A DNA stretch of 64,000 bases from Fervidicoccaceae archaeon (lineage in GTDB: Archaea > Thermoproteota > Thermoprotei_A > Sulfolobales > Fervidicoccaceae): NCBI GenBank assembly GCA_038734945.1, contig JAVYOA010000002.1, forward strand, positions 1-64,000. The letters run 5' to 3'. Positions within the stretch are counted from its first letter, which is position 1, and the number at the start of each line of letters is the position of its first letter. Below, one piece after another: positions 1-9,383 of the stretch. The translations under genes and the position numbers were made by a program. The notes below the pieces were generated by a model, which did no database searches, was not told the DNA's origin, and saw only the letters and a program-made list of their open reading frames with translations.

Positions 1-600
1 CTGTGAAATTGGACAATCAGCTATAGCATTTTTTCTGAATCCCATATTTGCCCCACCTAGAAGTGCCGAGAGAATTGTTCTTCCATTGCATTCTTTATTT
101 CCCCCCAGCCCTGAGACTGAAATCCATTCACAGTAGTTTTTATACTCAGGGAGAGGCTTTCTATGGATTGAACTTCTTGCAATGGAGTTGTCATAGAAGA
201 ACTCATCTTTCAATTCAATACCTGCTTCGGATACGATAGCTCTATATACAATACCTGAGGCTCCACCAGCCTCTGGGTACAGATGGAAAAAATCCCTATA
301 TTTTTCTATCCAATCTTTTGAAGCTACTGCATCGTCGTCGAGAAAGAGAATTAATTCTTCGTTCTTGCATGCTCCTATTCCAATCTCATAGGCAAGAGCA
401 AAATTACCCTCCTTTTGAAAGATTATTTCATAGTTTAGACCAGCAGCATGCTTCTCAATAACTTTTTCGCTCTCATCCCCAGATGGCTTTACAACGAAAA
501 CAACTTTATCAGGAGGAATGGTTTGCTGTTTTAGCGATCCTATAGAATATGGGAGGGCCCATGCCCTTCTATATGTAGCAATCACAACACAGATTTTCAT
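1..600 (-). CDS. glycosyltransferase family 2 (runs off window edge)
   Basis: Manual translation MKICVVIATYRRAWALPYSIGSLKQQT...LILFLDDDA...GGANMGFRK gives a GT-A N-terminus and DxD motif; open to position 1; not in the ORF track; alternative ATG at 609. Confidence 0.9.
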   Translation of the reverse strand, partial: MKICVVIATYRRAWALPYSIGSLKQQTIPPDKVVFVVKPSGDESEKVIEKHAAGLNYEIIFQKEGNFALAYEIGIGACKNEELILFLDDDAVASKDWIEKYRDFFHLYPEAGGASGIVYRAIVSEAGIELKDEFFYDNSIARSSIHRKPLPEYKNYCEWISVSGLGGNKECNGRTILSALLGGANMGFRKNAIADCPISQ

Positions 601-1965
601 GGAAATCATCCTTTACATCTTATTTGTTTTTAACAAGCCCGTTTTAATTTAAAAATGATAAGCCTCTCAAGTATATTTTTATAAAATTCAACACGGAATC
701 CCTTCAGGATGGATAGCAATAGATGATAAATTATTATCACCAAGCACATGCATTCAGTGAGGTTATGCGTAAAATTTTCTTTTTCACCTAGCTGAAATCC
801 TCTGTTAAAGCAAAAATTCAGAAATAAGATATAATCACAGCTATAATATAATACCTCGCTATTATAGAGCTCAGGTTTAAGAAAATTAATTTCTAGCTTT
901 GGTTTTTTCAAATATAGCTTTGTAGAGCTCTCTTATTTTTAAATATTAAATATGCTAAGCTTTTTCACTGCTTTTTTATCTAAGGCTTCATTACAGCTTA
1001 GAGAACTGTCTCGAAGTTTTCCATCATTATGCTGTTCCATACATTACTTTAGGAATAAATTTTCTCTGATGCTGGTTTCAGCTCTACTCCTATTTAATCA
1101 ATTTTCATTTTTATTCTCGGTTTTAAGATGCACAAAATGAAGGAAAAGAGCACAGCTCGAATTAAAAGAAAAAAATTTAGCCATATGAGCTTAGCAGCGA
1201 ATTTTTTACTGCTTAATGCACGAAACAGTTCATCGATGGATGTACTTTGCAGTACACTGCAAAAATTTTATTATAAAAATCATCTATTGCATATTCATTT
1301 CGAGAAGTAGGCTGTAACTGTAAAGCATAAATTTTTACGTGCTACTCCTTATTTCTTCGAGCCAAAAAGAGTGATAATGCATATAGCTCCTATGTTGAAA
1401 GAGTAGGGCTAAGAAAAAAGGAGTATTTCTGAACAAGCAATATGTTTCAAAGATATAAACAAATCATAGTATTTTCCTCTTTTCTCTTTATTTTCATGGG
1501 AAGTAGCTGCATCTTAGTATTGAGCTGCTTTTAATGCAGAGGAAGCTCTTTCCTTACTGTCATGAAAAATATGCTTTTTTCATCCCTTCAAAGTATACAT
1601 AAAAGAAACAGCTTTCCTAAATTCATAGAAAAGATGGTGCTCTCATTCAGTATTTGGATTCTCTGCATAGAGCATGATGCTTAGCTATTATGCTCTTATT
1701 TGTTTGAAAAAATCTCTCTGGGAGCGTCCTCTCTCTTATAATGTCTCCAGGATCTCTATTCTAGAGTGGAGGTGCTTGGCATAGACGAGTTCAATCGGCT
1801 CGGACGCGAAAAATCTCCCGACAAGCGGGAGGGAGTTTTGAAGAGGTTAAATCAACCGCCGGTGTTTTTAATCTCCAGTTAAATACACCAGTTCTCAAGC
1901 TTGAATAAATGGGCAATTGCCTCGGATGTTTTGATGACCCCCCTACCCCCCTTTACCCGGATTTT

Positions 1966-2865
1966 CTATAGCATGTGGTAGACAAGGAGAACAATGGGTA
2001 GGCTCACTACTGTGAGGAGAAATGATGAGGATGCAACGAAGTCTGGCCTCCAGTTGTATCTCATTGCCATAACAGTGTTCAGACTGGCTGGAGGCATGAA
2101 TGATAGAATGATTACCTCGTTTCTGTAGAGGTGGGGAAGAGAGAAGAAAGACAGAAGGAGCAAGTTGACTGCTGGATTTAGAATGAACTTGAAGACAGTG
2201 GTAGCAATCACTTCACTTTTGTACTTCTTTATTGGCTCGGGATCCATGCGGAGTGCCAAGCCTGTTGCAAATATGGAAAGATAGGAGAGAAAGGATGGAA
2301 CCCAGAAGAAATATGTTGATATGTATGAGGACAGTTCTGGAGAAGTATAGTGAATGAACAGACCGATGGCCATTCCAATTATTACGGGATTCTTGAGAAA
2401 TGCTAACAAATAGAAATTCCCCCTTCCCATGAGGTCAGGAACTAGTATGACGAGAACAAAGGCCACGAATCCAAAGTAAATGGACATTGTAGCATCTCCA
2501 TATAGGGAAAAGAGCACGGGAAAGCCAACAAACAGGTTGTTCTGAATTGTGCTGTTTAGTATTACTCCCCTCTCTATGCTCTTTTCATCAGCTATTTTCA
2601 GCACCTTTACTATTACCCATACTATTATGATGAGAAGCGTAGATGATGCTAGAGGAAGAACTAAGTCCTTCGACAGACCTCTCGATGAGAAAGTATCTAT
2701 GAAGGTGAGAGGCACGAGAAGCCAGTAGATGAAGCTTATGAGTCCTTTGGAGAATTTTTCGAACCAGCTCCTGCTAGAGAAGTAGGCCCTGAATATGGAG
2801 CCGAGAATCATTAGAGAGAAGAGGAGCGAGATCGCTAGAGCAGCCTCCATCATCTCACCTAGCAC
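1966..2865 (-). CDS. AEC family (auxin efflux carrier-like) transporter
   Basis: ~10 TM; NNLFVGFP, KNP and MPPAS motifs. Confidence 0.85.
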   Translation of the reverse strand: MLGEMMEAALAISLLFSLMILGSIFRAYFSSRSWFEKFSKGLISFIYWLLVPLTFIDTFSSRGLSKDLVLPLASSTLLIIIVWVIVKVLKIADEKSIERGVILNSTIQNNLFVGFPVLFSLYGDATMSIYFGFVAFVLVILVPDLMGRGNFYLLAFLKNPVIIGMAIGLFIHYTSPELSSYISTYFFWVPSFLSYLSIFATGLALRMDPEPIKKYKSEVIATTVFKFILNPAVNLLLLSFFSLPHLYRNEVIILSFMPPASLNTVMAMRYNWRPDFVASSSFLLTVVSLPIVLLVYHML

Positions 2866-2948
2866 TGCATTTCTCTGCTATCTGCTAGGGCAAAGGAGCT
2901 AATAAAGAGGAGTTCAGGAAGCAAAATGGTTCCTCAGCTCTAAAAATG

Positions 2949-3818
2949 CTAGAGCTTGACGCCATGAGGAAGCTTTATTACAAAAACGCTCTCGGCATCT
3001 CCTTTAGATGTGCATCTTACTTCTTCTATGGCATCATCATTGAGTTTAATTCCCAGCAACTGCTCAAGGAATCCCTTGTAAACTCCTCTCTGATGCTCAC
3101 CGCAGTCCTTTATTCCATTTTCTCTGAGTATTTCTTCCTCAATCAGCCTGTCAAACGATACTCTTATGTATATCCCCTCACTATCCTCAAAGACCTCTGT
3201 TGATTTGAGGTGGAGGAATCCCTTCAATTCTCCCTGAGAATGCAGAATTTCTAGACAAGCTCTTATTCCATAGGGTAAGCAGTCCCTCTTCATTTCCTCC
3301 CCCAGTGTTCTTCCAAAGAGCTCACCAATCTTGTTTACAAGCATCTTGCCAAATGCATCTCCATACTCCTTTCTTGGTAGAACGAAGAGCCCCAGAAGAT
3401 TCTCATAGCTGAAAAGAACTACGTTTTTCCTCCTAGCATCATATAGTGAGTAGATGTTGTGGTCTACTATGTATCCATTCCTCAGTGGGAAGACATAGTA
3501 GTATTTATCTATGAGGTTGCTTTTGCTCATGCTCTGGAGAGCTTGATTTAGATGGATCTCGAAAGTACCTCTGTCAGTGCTGAACTCAATTATGGCTGTC
3601 CAGAGATATTCGCTGCTGTCCATTTCCTTCTGAATGTTCAGATAGAGGATAAGAGCTCCAAGGGGATTCAGCTTGTTGGCGAGATACTCTATTACCTGCT
3701 CCTTTGGCTTGTTGGACCAGAAAACCAGCTTGACTGACTTCTCTGGATTTTCCATTTTGGCGTAGAGTGGAATGAAGCGAAGCAATTTCATTTCTCTCTC
3801 GTTTGCCATTGTTAACAT
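2949..3818 (-). CDS. V4R domain-containing protein
   Basis: C-terminal C..HQRGVYKGFLEQ...EEVRCTSKGD..SVF pattern of V4R ligand-binding domains. Confidence 0.75.
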   Translation of the reverse strand: MLTMANEREMKLLRFIPLYAKMENPEKSVKLVFWSNKPKEQVIEYLANKLNPLGALILYLNIQKEMDSSEYLWTAIIEFSTDRGTFEIHLNQALQSMSKSNLIDKYYYVFPLRNGYIVDHNIYSLYDARRKNVVLFSYENLLGLFVLPRKEYGDAFGKMLVNKIGELFGRTLGEEMKRDCLPYGIRACLEILHSQGELKGFLHLKSTEVFEDSEGIYIRVSFDRLIEEEILRENGIKDCGEHQRGVYKGFLEQLLGIKLNDDAIEEVRCTSKGDAESVFVIKLPHGVKL

Positions 3819-3903
3819 CCATATTGATATTTGTTTTAGAAATCATATAAAAAAATTCCTTTTTGTAAAATTTCAAGTAAATATTATATAGAGTATTACT
3901 TAT

Positions 3904-5199
3904 TTAGGATTTTCCGCTTCCTCCAGCTCTTAGGGAGTCAAGCAGCTCCTTTGCCCTCTTGTAGGTAATGTTTCCTTCCTTCTCCAAAATTTCCGCGATT
4001 TTCTCTGCCTCCTCATATGTTGCTCCTGCCATAACAGCGAGGCTCTTTGCATGAAGCCTCATGTGCCCCCTCTGTATGCCCTCGGTCACAAGGGCCTTGA
4101 GAGCAGCGAGGTTCTGTGCCAGCCCAACTGCCCCCATTATTTCTGCCAGCTCTCTGGAAGAATTGACTCCAAGGATCTTTAAGGAGAGCCTTGCCATCGG
4201 ATGCACCCTCACAGTTCCTCCAACAGTTCCAACTGCTAGCGGCATTTCCAGAACTCCGACGAGATCCCCCTCTGGGGTTGCCTCCCATCTGGAGAGGGGG
4301 AGGTACTTTCCAGTTCTCGATGCATATGCGTGTGCTCCCGCCTCTATTGCCCTGTGGTCTTGACCTGTTGCGAGAGCAACTGCTATGACCCCATTCATTA
4401 TTCCCTTATTGTGGGTAGCAGCTCTATAGGGATCTGCAAATGCTATTGATGATGCCCACTCGATTCTCTCAACCACCTCTCTTCCACCAATTTCCTCTGC
4501 TCTGATATAGCCTCTAACTCTTACAAGTCTTTTGTCAGCTAGGTTGCTCAGGATTCTAAGAACAGCCCTCCCTCCCGTCAGATCTTCCAGCAATGGGGAT
4601 ACTTTTTCAGCCATTGTATTGACAGCATTGGCACCCATGGCATCCCTCACATCAACGAGGAGATGAACCGTTAGCACCTTCCCCTTCTCGGTTTCAAGAA
4701 CTCTGACCTCAATGTCCTTCGCTCCTCCTCCAAGAGAAGTAAGAACCTGATCTGCTGAGTTTGCCAGGTCCAAGATTTCCTTCTTCCTCTCGAGAAGGAT
4801 AACCGCTTTGTGCTCTGGATTGCTCACGTTTATGAGGTGTATTTGGCCTATCATTATTGGCTCGGTTGAAATTGACCTTATGCCCTCTCCTTCCCTCATT
4901 AGTCTAGCAGCATTGGATGCTGCTGCTACGACGCTTGGCTCCTCTATTACCATTGGAATCAAATGCTCCCTGCCGTTTATTCTGAAGTTCGGCGCAATTG
5001 CATATGCATAGGACATTGCACTGATAGCGTTCTCTATCATTGTCTCTGCTACTTTGCTGTCCATGGAGCCCCATTTTCTCAGCAGCTCGACCTCCTCATC
5101 GGAGAGATTGGAGAATTCTCTGACTATTCTGAGCCTTTCTTCCTGGGTGAGCTTGTGAAATCCCTGTATCCTGGATGATTTACCAGTCAGTGCACTCAT
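3904..5199 (-). CDS. mvaA: class II hydroxymethylglutaryl-CoA reductase
   Basis: EEPSVVAA, DAMGAN, THNKGIMNG and GIQRGHMRLH motifs. Confidence 0.93.
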   Translation of the reverse strand: MSALTGKSSRIQGFHKLTQEERLRIVREFSNLSDEEVELLRKWGSMDSKVAETMIENAISAMSYAYAIAPNFRINGREHLIPMVIEEPSVVAAASNAARLMREGEGIRSISTEPIMIGQIHLINVSNPEHKAVILLERKKEILDLANSADQVLTSLGGGAKDIEVRVLETEKGKVLTVHLLVDVRDAMGANAVNTMAEKVSPLLEDLTGGRAVLRILSNLADKRLVRVRGYIRAEEIGGREVVERIEWASSIAFADPYRAATHNKGIMNGVIAVALATGQDHRAIEAGAHAYASRTGKYLPLSRWEATPEGDLVGVLEMPLAVGTVGGTVRVHPMARLSLKILGVNSSRELAEIMGAVGLAQNLAALKALVTEGIQRGHMRLHAKSLAVMAGATYEEAEKIAEILEKEGNITYKRAKELLDSLRAGGSGKS

Positions 5200-5315
5200 T
5201 CAGCACCATCTCATGACAACTTTTGGAGACTAAATCAGTTGTATTTGCTTTTTCAATGTCATCCATATAAATTGATTTTCCGTTGAAGGTGAATTGATTC
5301 TATGAAGGAAAAAGG

Positions 5316-6656
5316 CTATTTCTTTTTTCGAGAGAGGAAATCCTCAATTACATCCTTGAGAGTGGGCCTTCCAATTTCCTGAAGCTCGTAAGTAACTCTG
5401 ACATGGGGCTTGTTTATCTTTAGTATTCTTCCAAGGTTCACTGGAGTTGCTATGATAACGAGGTCAGCATCTGAGGCATTTACGGTTTCTTCGAGCTCTT
5501 TTATCTGCTGCTCTCCATAGCCCATTGCTGGAAGTATGCCTTTGAGGTGAGGATACTGCTCAAAAGTTCTCTTTATGCTTCCCACGGCAAATGGCTTTGG
5601 ATCAACTATCTCTCCCGCTCCAAATTTTCTCGCAGCAACATAGCCTGCACCGAAGTTCATTCCTCCATGCGTCAGGCTTGGGCCGTCCTCTATTATTAGG
5701 ACTCTCTTCCCCCTAATCATTTCATAGTTCTCAGCGAAGATCGGAGATGCTGCTTCAATGACGATTGCTCTTGAATTGTATTTCCTAATGTTCTCTCTGA
5801 CGAGCTCAATCCTCTCGAGGCCAGCACTATCAATTTTGTTTATTACTATGACATCTGCACTTCGGAAGCACGTTTCTCCAGGATGGTATGTGAGCTCGTG
5901 GCCTGCTCTGAGGGGGTCTGCTACTGCTATCCAGAGATCGGGTTTTATGAAGGGAAAGTCGTTGTTCCCTCCATCCCATATTATGATGTCGCTCTCGCTC
6001 TCAGCCATCCGCAATATTTTCTCGTAGTCCACCCCAGCATAGACAACGTTTCCCCTCAAGATGTGGGGCTCGTACTCCTCTCTTTCCTCTATTGTTACCT
6101 TTGCCTCGTCAAGATCCTTTAGGCTGGAGAACCTCTGCACAGCTTGATTCCTCAGATCCCCATACGGCATGGGATGCCTTATTACTGCTACTTTATATCC
6201 AAATTCCTTAAGAATTTGGGCTACTTTCCTCGAGGTCTGGCTCTTTCCGCTTCCAGTTCTAACTGCTGTTACAGCTATGACAGGCTTCGATGACTTGAGC
6301 ATTACGCTCTTCGGTCCAAGAAGCCAGAAGTCGGCGCCGTGCTTGTGGGCGATTGAAGCTAAGTGCATGACATGCTCATGAGATACATCGGAATATGAAA
6401 AGACAACTATGTCCACGCTGAAGGCATCCAGGATTTCCTCGAGCCTCTCTTCTGGATAAATTGGAATCCCATTTGGATATAGTGGTCCGGCTAGCTCAGG
6501 AGGATATGTCCTGTTCTCTATTCCAGGAATCTGCGTGGATGTGAATGCCACGACTCTGTACTGAGGATTGTTTCTGAAGAAAACGTTGAAGTTATGGAAA
6601 TCTCTCCCGGCTGCTCCTAGTATGACGACGTTTCTTCTCTCGGTCAAGGGAAACAC
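5316..6656 (-). CDS. arcE: P-loop cDPGS-like 'GTPase', likely arginine synthetase ArcE
   Basis: ILGAAGRDFHNFN start, RTGSGKSQ P-loop, RHPMPYG, TIEEREEYE, WDGGNND. Confidence 0.75.
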   Translation of the reverse strand: MFPLTERRNVVILGAAGRDFHNFNVFFRNNPQYRVVAFTSTQIPGIENRTYPPELAGPLYPNGIPIYPEERLEEILDAFSVDIVVFSYSDVSHEHVMHLASIAHKHGADFWLLGPKSVMLKSSKPVIAVTAVRTGSGKSQTSRKVAQILKEFGYKVAVIRHPMPYGDLRNQAVQRFSSLKDLDEAKVTIEEREEYEPHILRGNVVYAGVDYEKILRMAESESDIIIWDGGNNDFPFIKPDLWIAVADPLRAGHELTYHPGETCFRSADVIVINKIDSAGLERIELVRENIRKYNSRAIVIEAASPIFAENYEMIRGKRVLIIEDGPSLTHGGMNFGAGYVAARKFGAGEIVDPKPFAVGSIKRTFEQYPHLKGILPAMGYGEQQIKELEETVNASDADLVIIATPVNLGRILKINKPHVRVTYELQEIGRPTLKDVIEDFLSRKKK

Positions 6657-6775
6657 CCAAAGGAGCTTTTAAGGTTAAAGACTGACATTTAATGTTAAAC
6701 TATAATTTTAAATATTAATTTTTCGTTATCAATATATGCATTTTCATGATTTAAAAGTAATTTAATGTGATCAAA

Positions 6776-8074
6776 ATGGGGGAGAAGAGCCAGAGCATAA
6801 TAGAAAGGAGCAAGAAGGTTCTTGATTCTCTAACACAGGATGTTGATGTGCTTCCTCTTGTCCCTGATAGAGGAGAGGGAGTGCATCTTTGGGATGTAGA
6901 TGGGAGGAAATATCTTGACTTCTCAAGCGGCTATGCAGTTGTCAGTCTTGGACATGCTAATCAGAAAGTTGTGGATGCTATAATAAAGCAGGCTAGAAAG
7001 CTCGTTCACTATCCTGTGGCAGACTTCTATCATGAGCTAGCTGCTGAGGTTGCTGAGAAGCTCTCTTCAACTTGCCCAGGAGGAGGGGAGAAGAAGGTAG
7101 TTTACACGAACAGCGGAGCAGAGGCAAATGAGGCAGCAATAAAGCTTGCTAGGTCTTCAACGAGGAGGGGGAGGATCCTTGCTTTCTATGGGGCATTTCA
7201 TGGAAGGACTATGGGAGCTCTTTCCCTGACTGCCAGCAAGGCTGTGCAGCAAATGGGCTTCTTCCCAACAATGCCTGGGGTCGTTCACGCACCTTTTCCG
7301 AATCCCTTCAGGAATATTTGGAAGATTAACGGCTACGAGGACCCTGGAGAGCTGGTGAGCAGAGCAATAAGCTACATTGAGGATGTTATATTTAGGGCAT
7401 ATCCTCCGGATGAGTTTGCTGCTGTATTCATAGAGCCAATACAGGGAGAAGGAGGATATGTTGTCCCTCCACACACGTTCTTCCAGGAGCTATTCAAGCT
7501 GGCAAGAAAGCATGGAATACTTATCATGGATGACGAGGTTCAGATGGGGATGGGAAGGACTGGAAAGATGTGGGCAATAGAGAACTTCAATGTCATACCA
7601 GATGCCATTCAATTCGGCAAGGCAATAGCTAATGGAATCCCTCTGGGAGGAGTCATACATAGAGGGGATTTCACGTTCAGGCAGATGGGACAGCACTCCT
7701 CAACATTTGGAGGGAATCTCCTTGCTCTCAGCGCAGCTAGTGTTGTCATAGATGAGACATTGAAGCTGCTGCCGAATGTGGAGAGGGTGGGAAAGCATCT
7801 AGGTAGAAGGCTAACAGAGCTCATGGATGAGTTTGAGATAATAGGGGATGCGAGGGGGATAGGGCTTGCAAGAGCTATAGAGATAGTTAAGGGGGATGGT
7901 TCAAATTCCCCTGACCCGAGAAAGAGAGATGATATAATAAGGGAGGCTCTGAGAAGAGGACTTATACTAATAGGATGCGGGGAGTCCTCAATAAGGATTG
8001 TCCCTCCAATCAATGTGGATATTGAAACGATAGATAGAGGTATTGATATTCTGAGGGATTCACTCAGAGCCTGA
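6776..8074 (+). CDS. class III PLP aminotransferase (ornithine aminotransferase-like)
   Basis: SGAEANE, FHGRT, EPIQGEGG, DDEVQMGMGRTG, FGK. Confidence 0.9.
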   Translation: MGEKSQSIIERSKKVLDSLTQDVDVLPLVPDRGEGVHLWDVDGRKYLDFSSGYAVVSLGHANQKVVDAIIKQARKLVHYPVADFYHELAAEVAEKLSSTCPGGGEKKVVYTNSGAEANEAAIKLARSSTRRGRILAFYGAFHGRTMGALSLTASKAVQQMGFFPTMPGVVHAPFPNPFRNIWKINGYEDPGELVSRAISYIEDVIFRAYPPDEFAAVFIEPIQGEGGYVVPPHTFFQELFKLARKHGILIMDDEVQMGMGRTGKMWAIENFNVIPDAIQFGKAIANGIPLGGVIHRGDFTFRQMGQHSSTFGGNLLALSAASVVIDETLKLLPNVERVGKHLGRRLTELMDEFEIIGDARGIGLARAIEIVKGDGSNSPDPRKRDDIIREALRRGLILIGCGESSIRIVPPINVDIETIDRGIDILRDSLRA

Positions 8075-8135
8075 AGCTTTTTTAAAAGCTTCACGTACTT
8101 GCCTCATATATATAAGGAGACTACTCCTAATTTTT

Positions 8136-9383
8136 TTGATTCCTCATAAGGGGAGAGTATTGCTGAGAAGAGGAAGTCAGCTGAAGAGATTGCTCGTAAT
8201 AGGTCCTGCTACAGTAGTTGCAGTAGCCTACATAGACCCTGGAAATTTTGGAGCGAACATTCAGGCAGGATCGAAATACGGGCTCTCTCTCCTCTGGGTC
8301 GTGTGGCTGTCAGGAGCAATGGCTGTAATGTTTCAGTACATTTCTGGGAAGATAGGAATAGTTTCTGGGGCGGGACTCACAGATATTGCAATGGGTCAAA
8401 TGAAGAGGAGAAGAATGAAGCTTCTCTACTTCATTGGCCTTTTTATAGCAATTCTAGCAACGGATATGGCCGAGTTCATAGGGATGGCTGTCGGTCTCCA
8501 CCTCCTTTTCAAGATCCCGCTAACAGCCTCTGCTTTTCTCTCAGTCGTGGATGTTCTGATACTGTTCTTCCTAACAGAGGATTTGGGAAAAATGGAGGTT
8601 CTGATAGCAGGCCTGGTTGGAGTAGTTGGGCTAAGCTATCTTGTGGAGCTGGCAATAGTTCATGCAAGCCCAATGGAGATAGCTATGCATTCTTTTGTCC
8701 CTTCATTGAAGGGGGGAGCTATGGCGCTCACGGCAGTGAGCATAATTGGAGCGACAGTAATGCCTCATGCAGTGATTCTGCATTCATATTTGTCTGCTGA
8801 AAGGCTAGTGAGGGAGGGATGGGAAAGGGATAGAGAGCTCAAGCATCATTTGAAGGAGACTGTGATAAATTTGGGAGGAGCGAGCCTGGTGAACGCAGCT
8901 ATACAGATAATGAGCTATTATGCCTACTATAAGAATGGACTGAACGATATTGTTAGCCTGGACAATGCCTACTATACGCTGATTCCGTTCTTCGGTTCAG
9001 TTGCCTCCACCATATTTGCAGTTGCCCTCTTTGCCTCAGGCTTGAGCTCATCTATGGTGAGCGTACTGGCTGGAGTGAAGATTGTGGAGAGCTATTTTGG
9101 AGCTCCAACAAAGCAGTGGAAGGTCAGGCTAACGCTCAGGCTGATAAACATGGTTCCCTTTCTAATAGCAGTGTACGCTGGCTTCAGCACCATGGAGCTC
9201 CTGGTATATACCCAGGCTATTCTCTCCTTTACTCTTCCACTGGTCCTCTTTCCTCTCACATTCATTGGAAGAAGTGAGGGGATAATGGGAGAGAGAAAGA
9301 TAGGCAGAGCTCTTTTCTATCTATCTCTCATCTCCTCCATTTTCATATTGCTCATTAATTTTGCTATTCCCTTCTATGGGTGA
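8136..9383 (+). CDS. mntH: Nramp family divalent metal transporter
   Basis: YIDPGN and GATVMPH motifs; start uncertain. Confidence 0.9.
   Translation: MIPHKGRVLLRRGSQLKRLLVIGPATVVAVAYIDPGNFGANIQAGSKYGLSLLWVVWLSGAMAVMFQYISGKIGIVSGAGLTDIAMGQMKRRRMKLLYFIGLFIAILATDMAEFIGMAVGLHLLFKIPLTASAFLSVVDVLILFFLTEDLGKMEVLIAGLVGVVGLSYLVELAIVHASPMEIAMHSFVPSLKGGAMALTAVSIIGATVMPHAVILHSYLSAERLVREGWERDRELKHHLKETVINLGGASLVNAAIQIMSYYAYYKNGLNDIVSLDNAYYTLIPFFGSVASTIFAVALFASGLSSSMVSVLAGVKIVESYFGAPTKQWKVRLTLRLINMVPFLIAVYAGFSTMELLVYTQAILSFTLPLVLFPLTFIGRSEGIMGERKIGRALFYLSLISSIFILLINFAIPFYG

Noticed and set aside
630..1310. Short ORFs 630-911, 952-1140 and 1128-1310
   Set aside because: Low-complexity AT-rich translations with no motifs
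1773..1883. Short frame beginning VLGIDEF, resembling an ISL3 transposase motif
   Set aside because: Only ~36 codons, and the rest shows no transposase resemblance
1740..1965. ORB-type replication origin as a firm feature
   Set aside because: No repeated match to the ORB consensus and no cdc6/orc1 in the window; kept only as a low-interest finding
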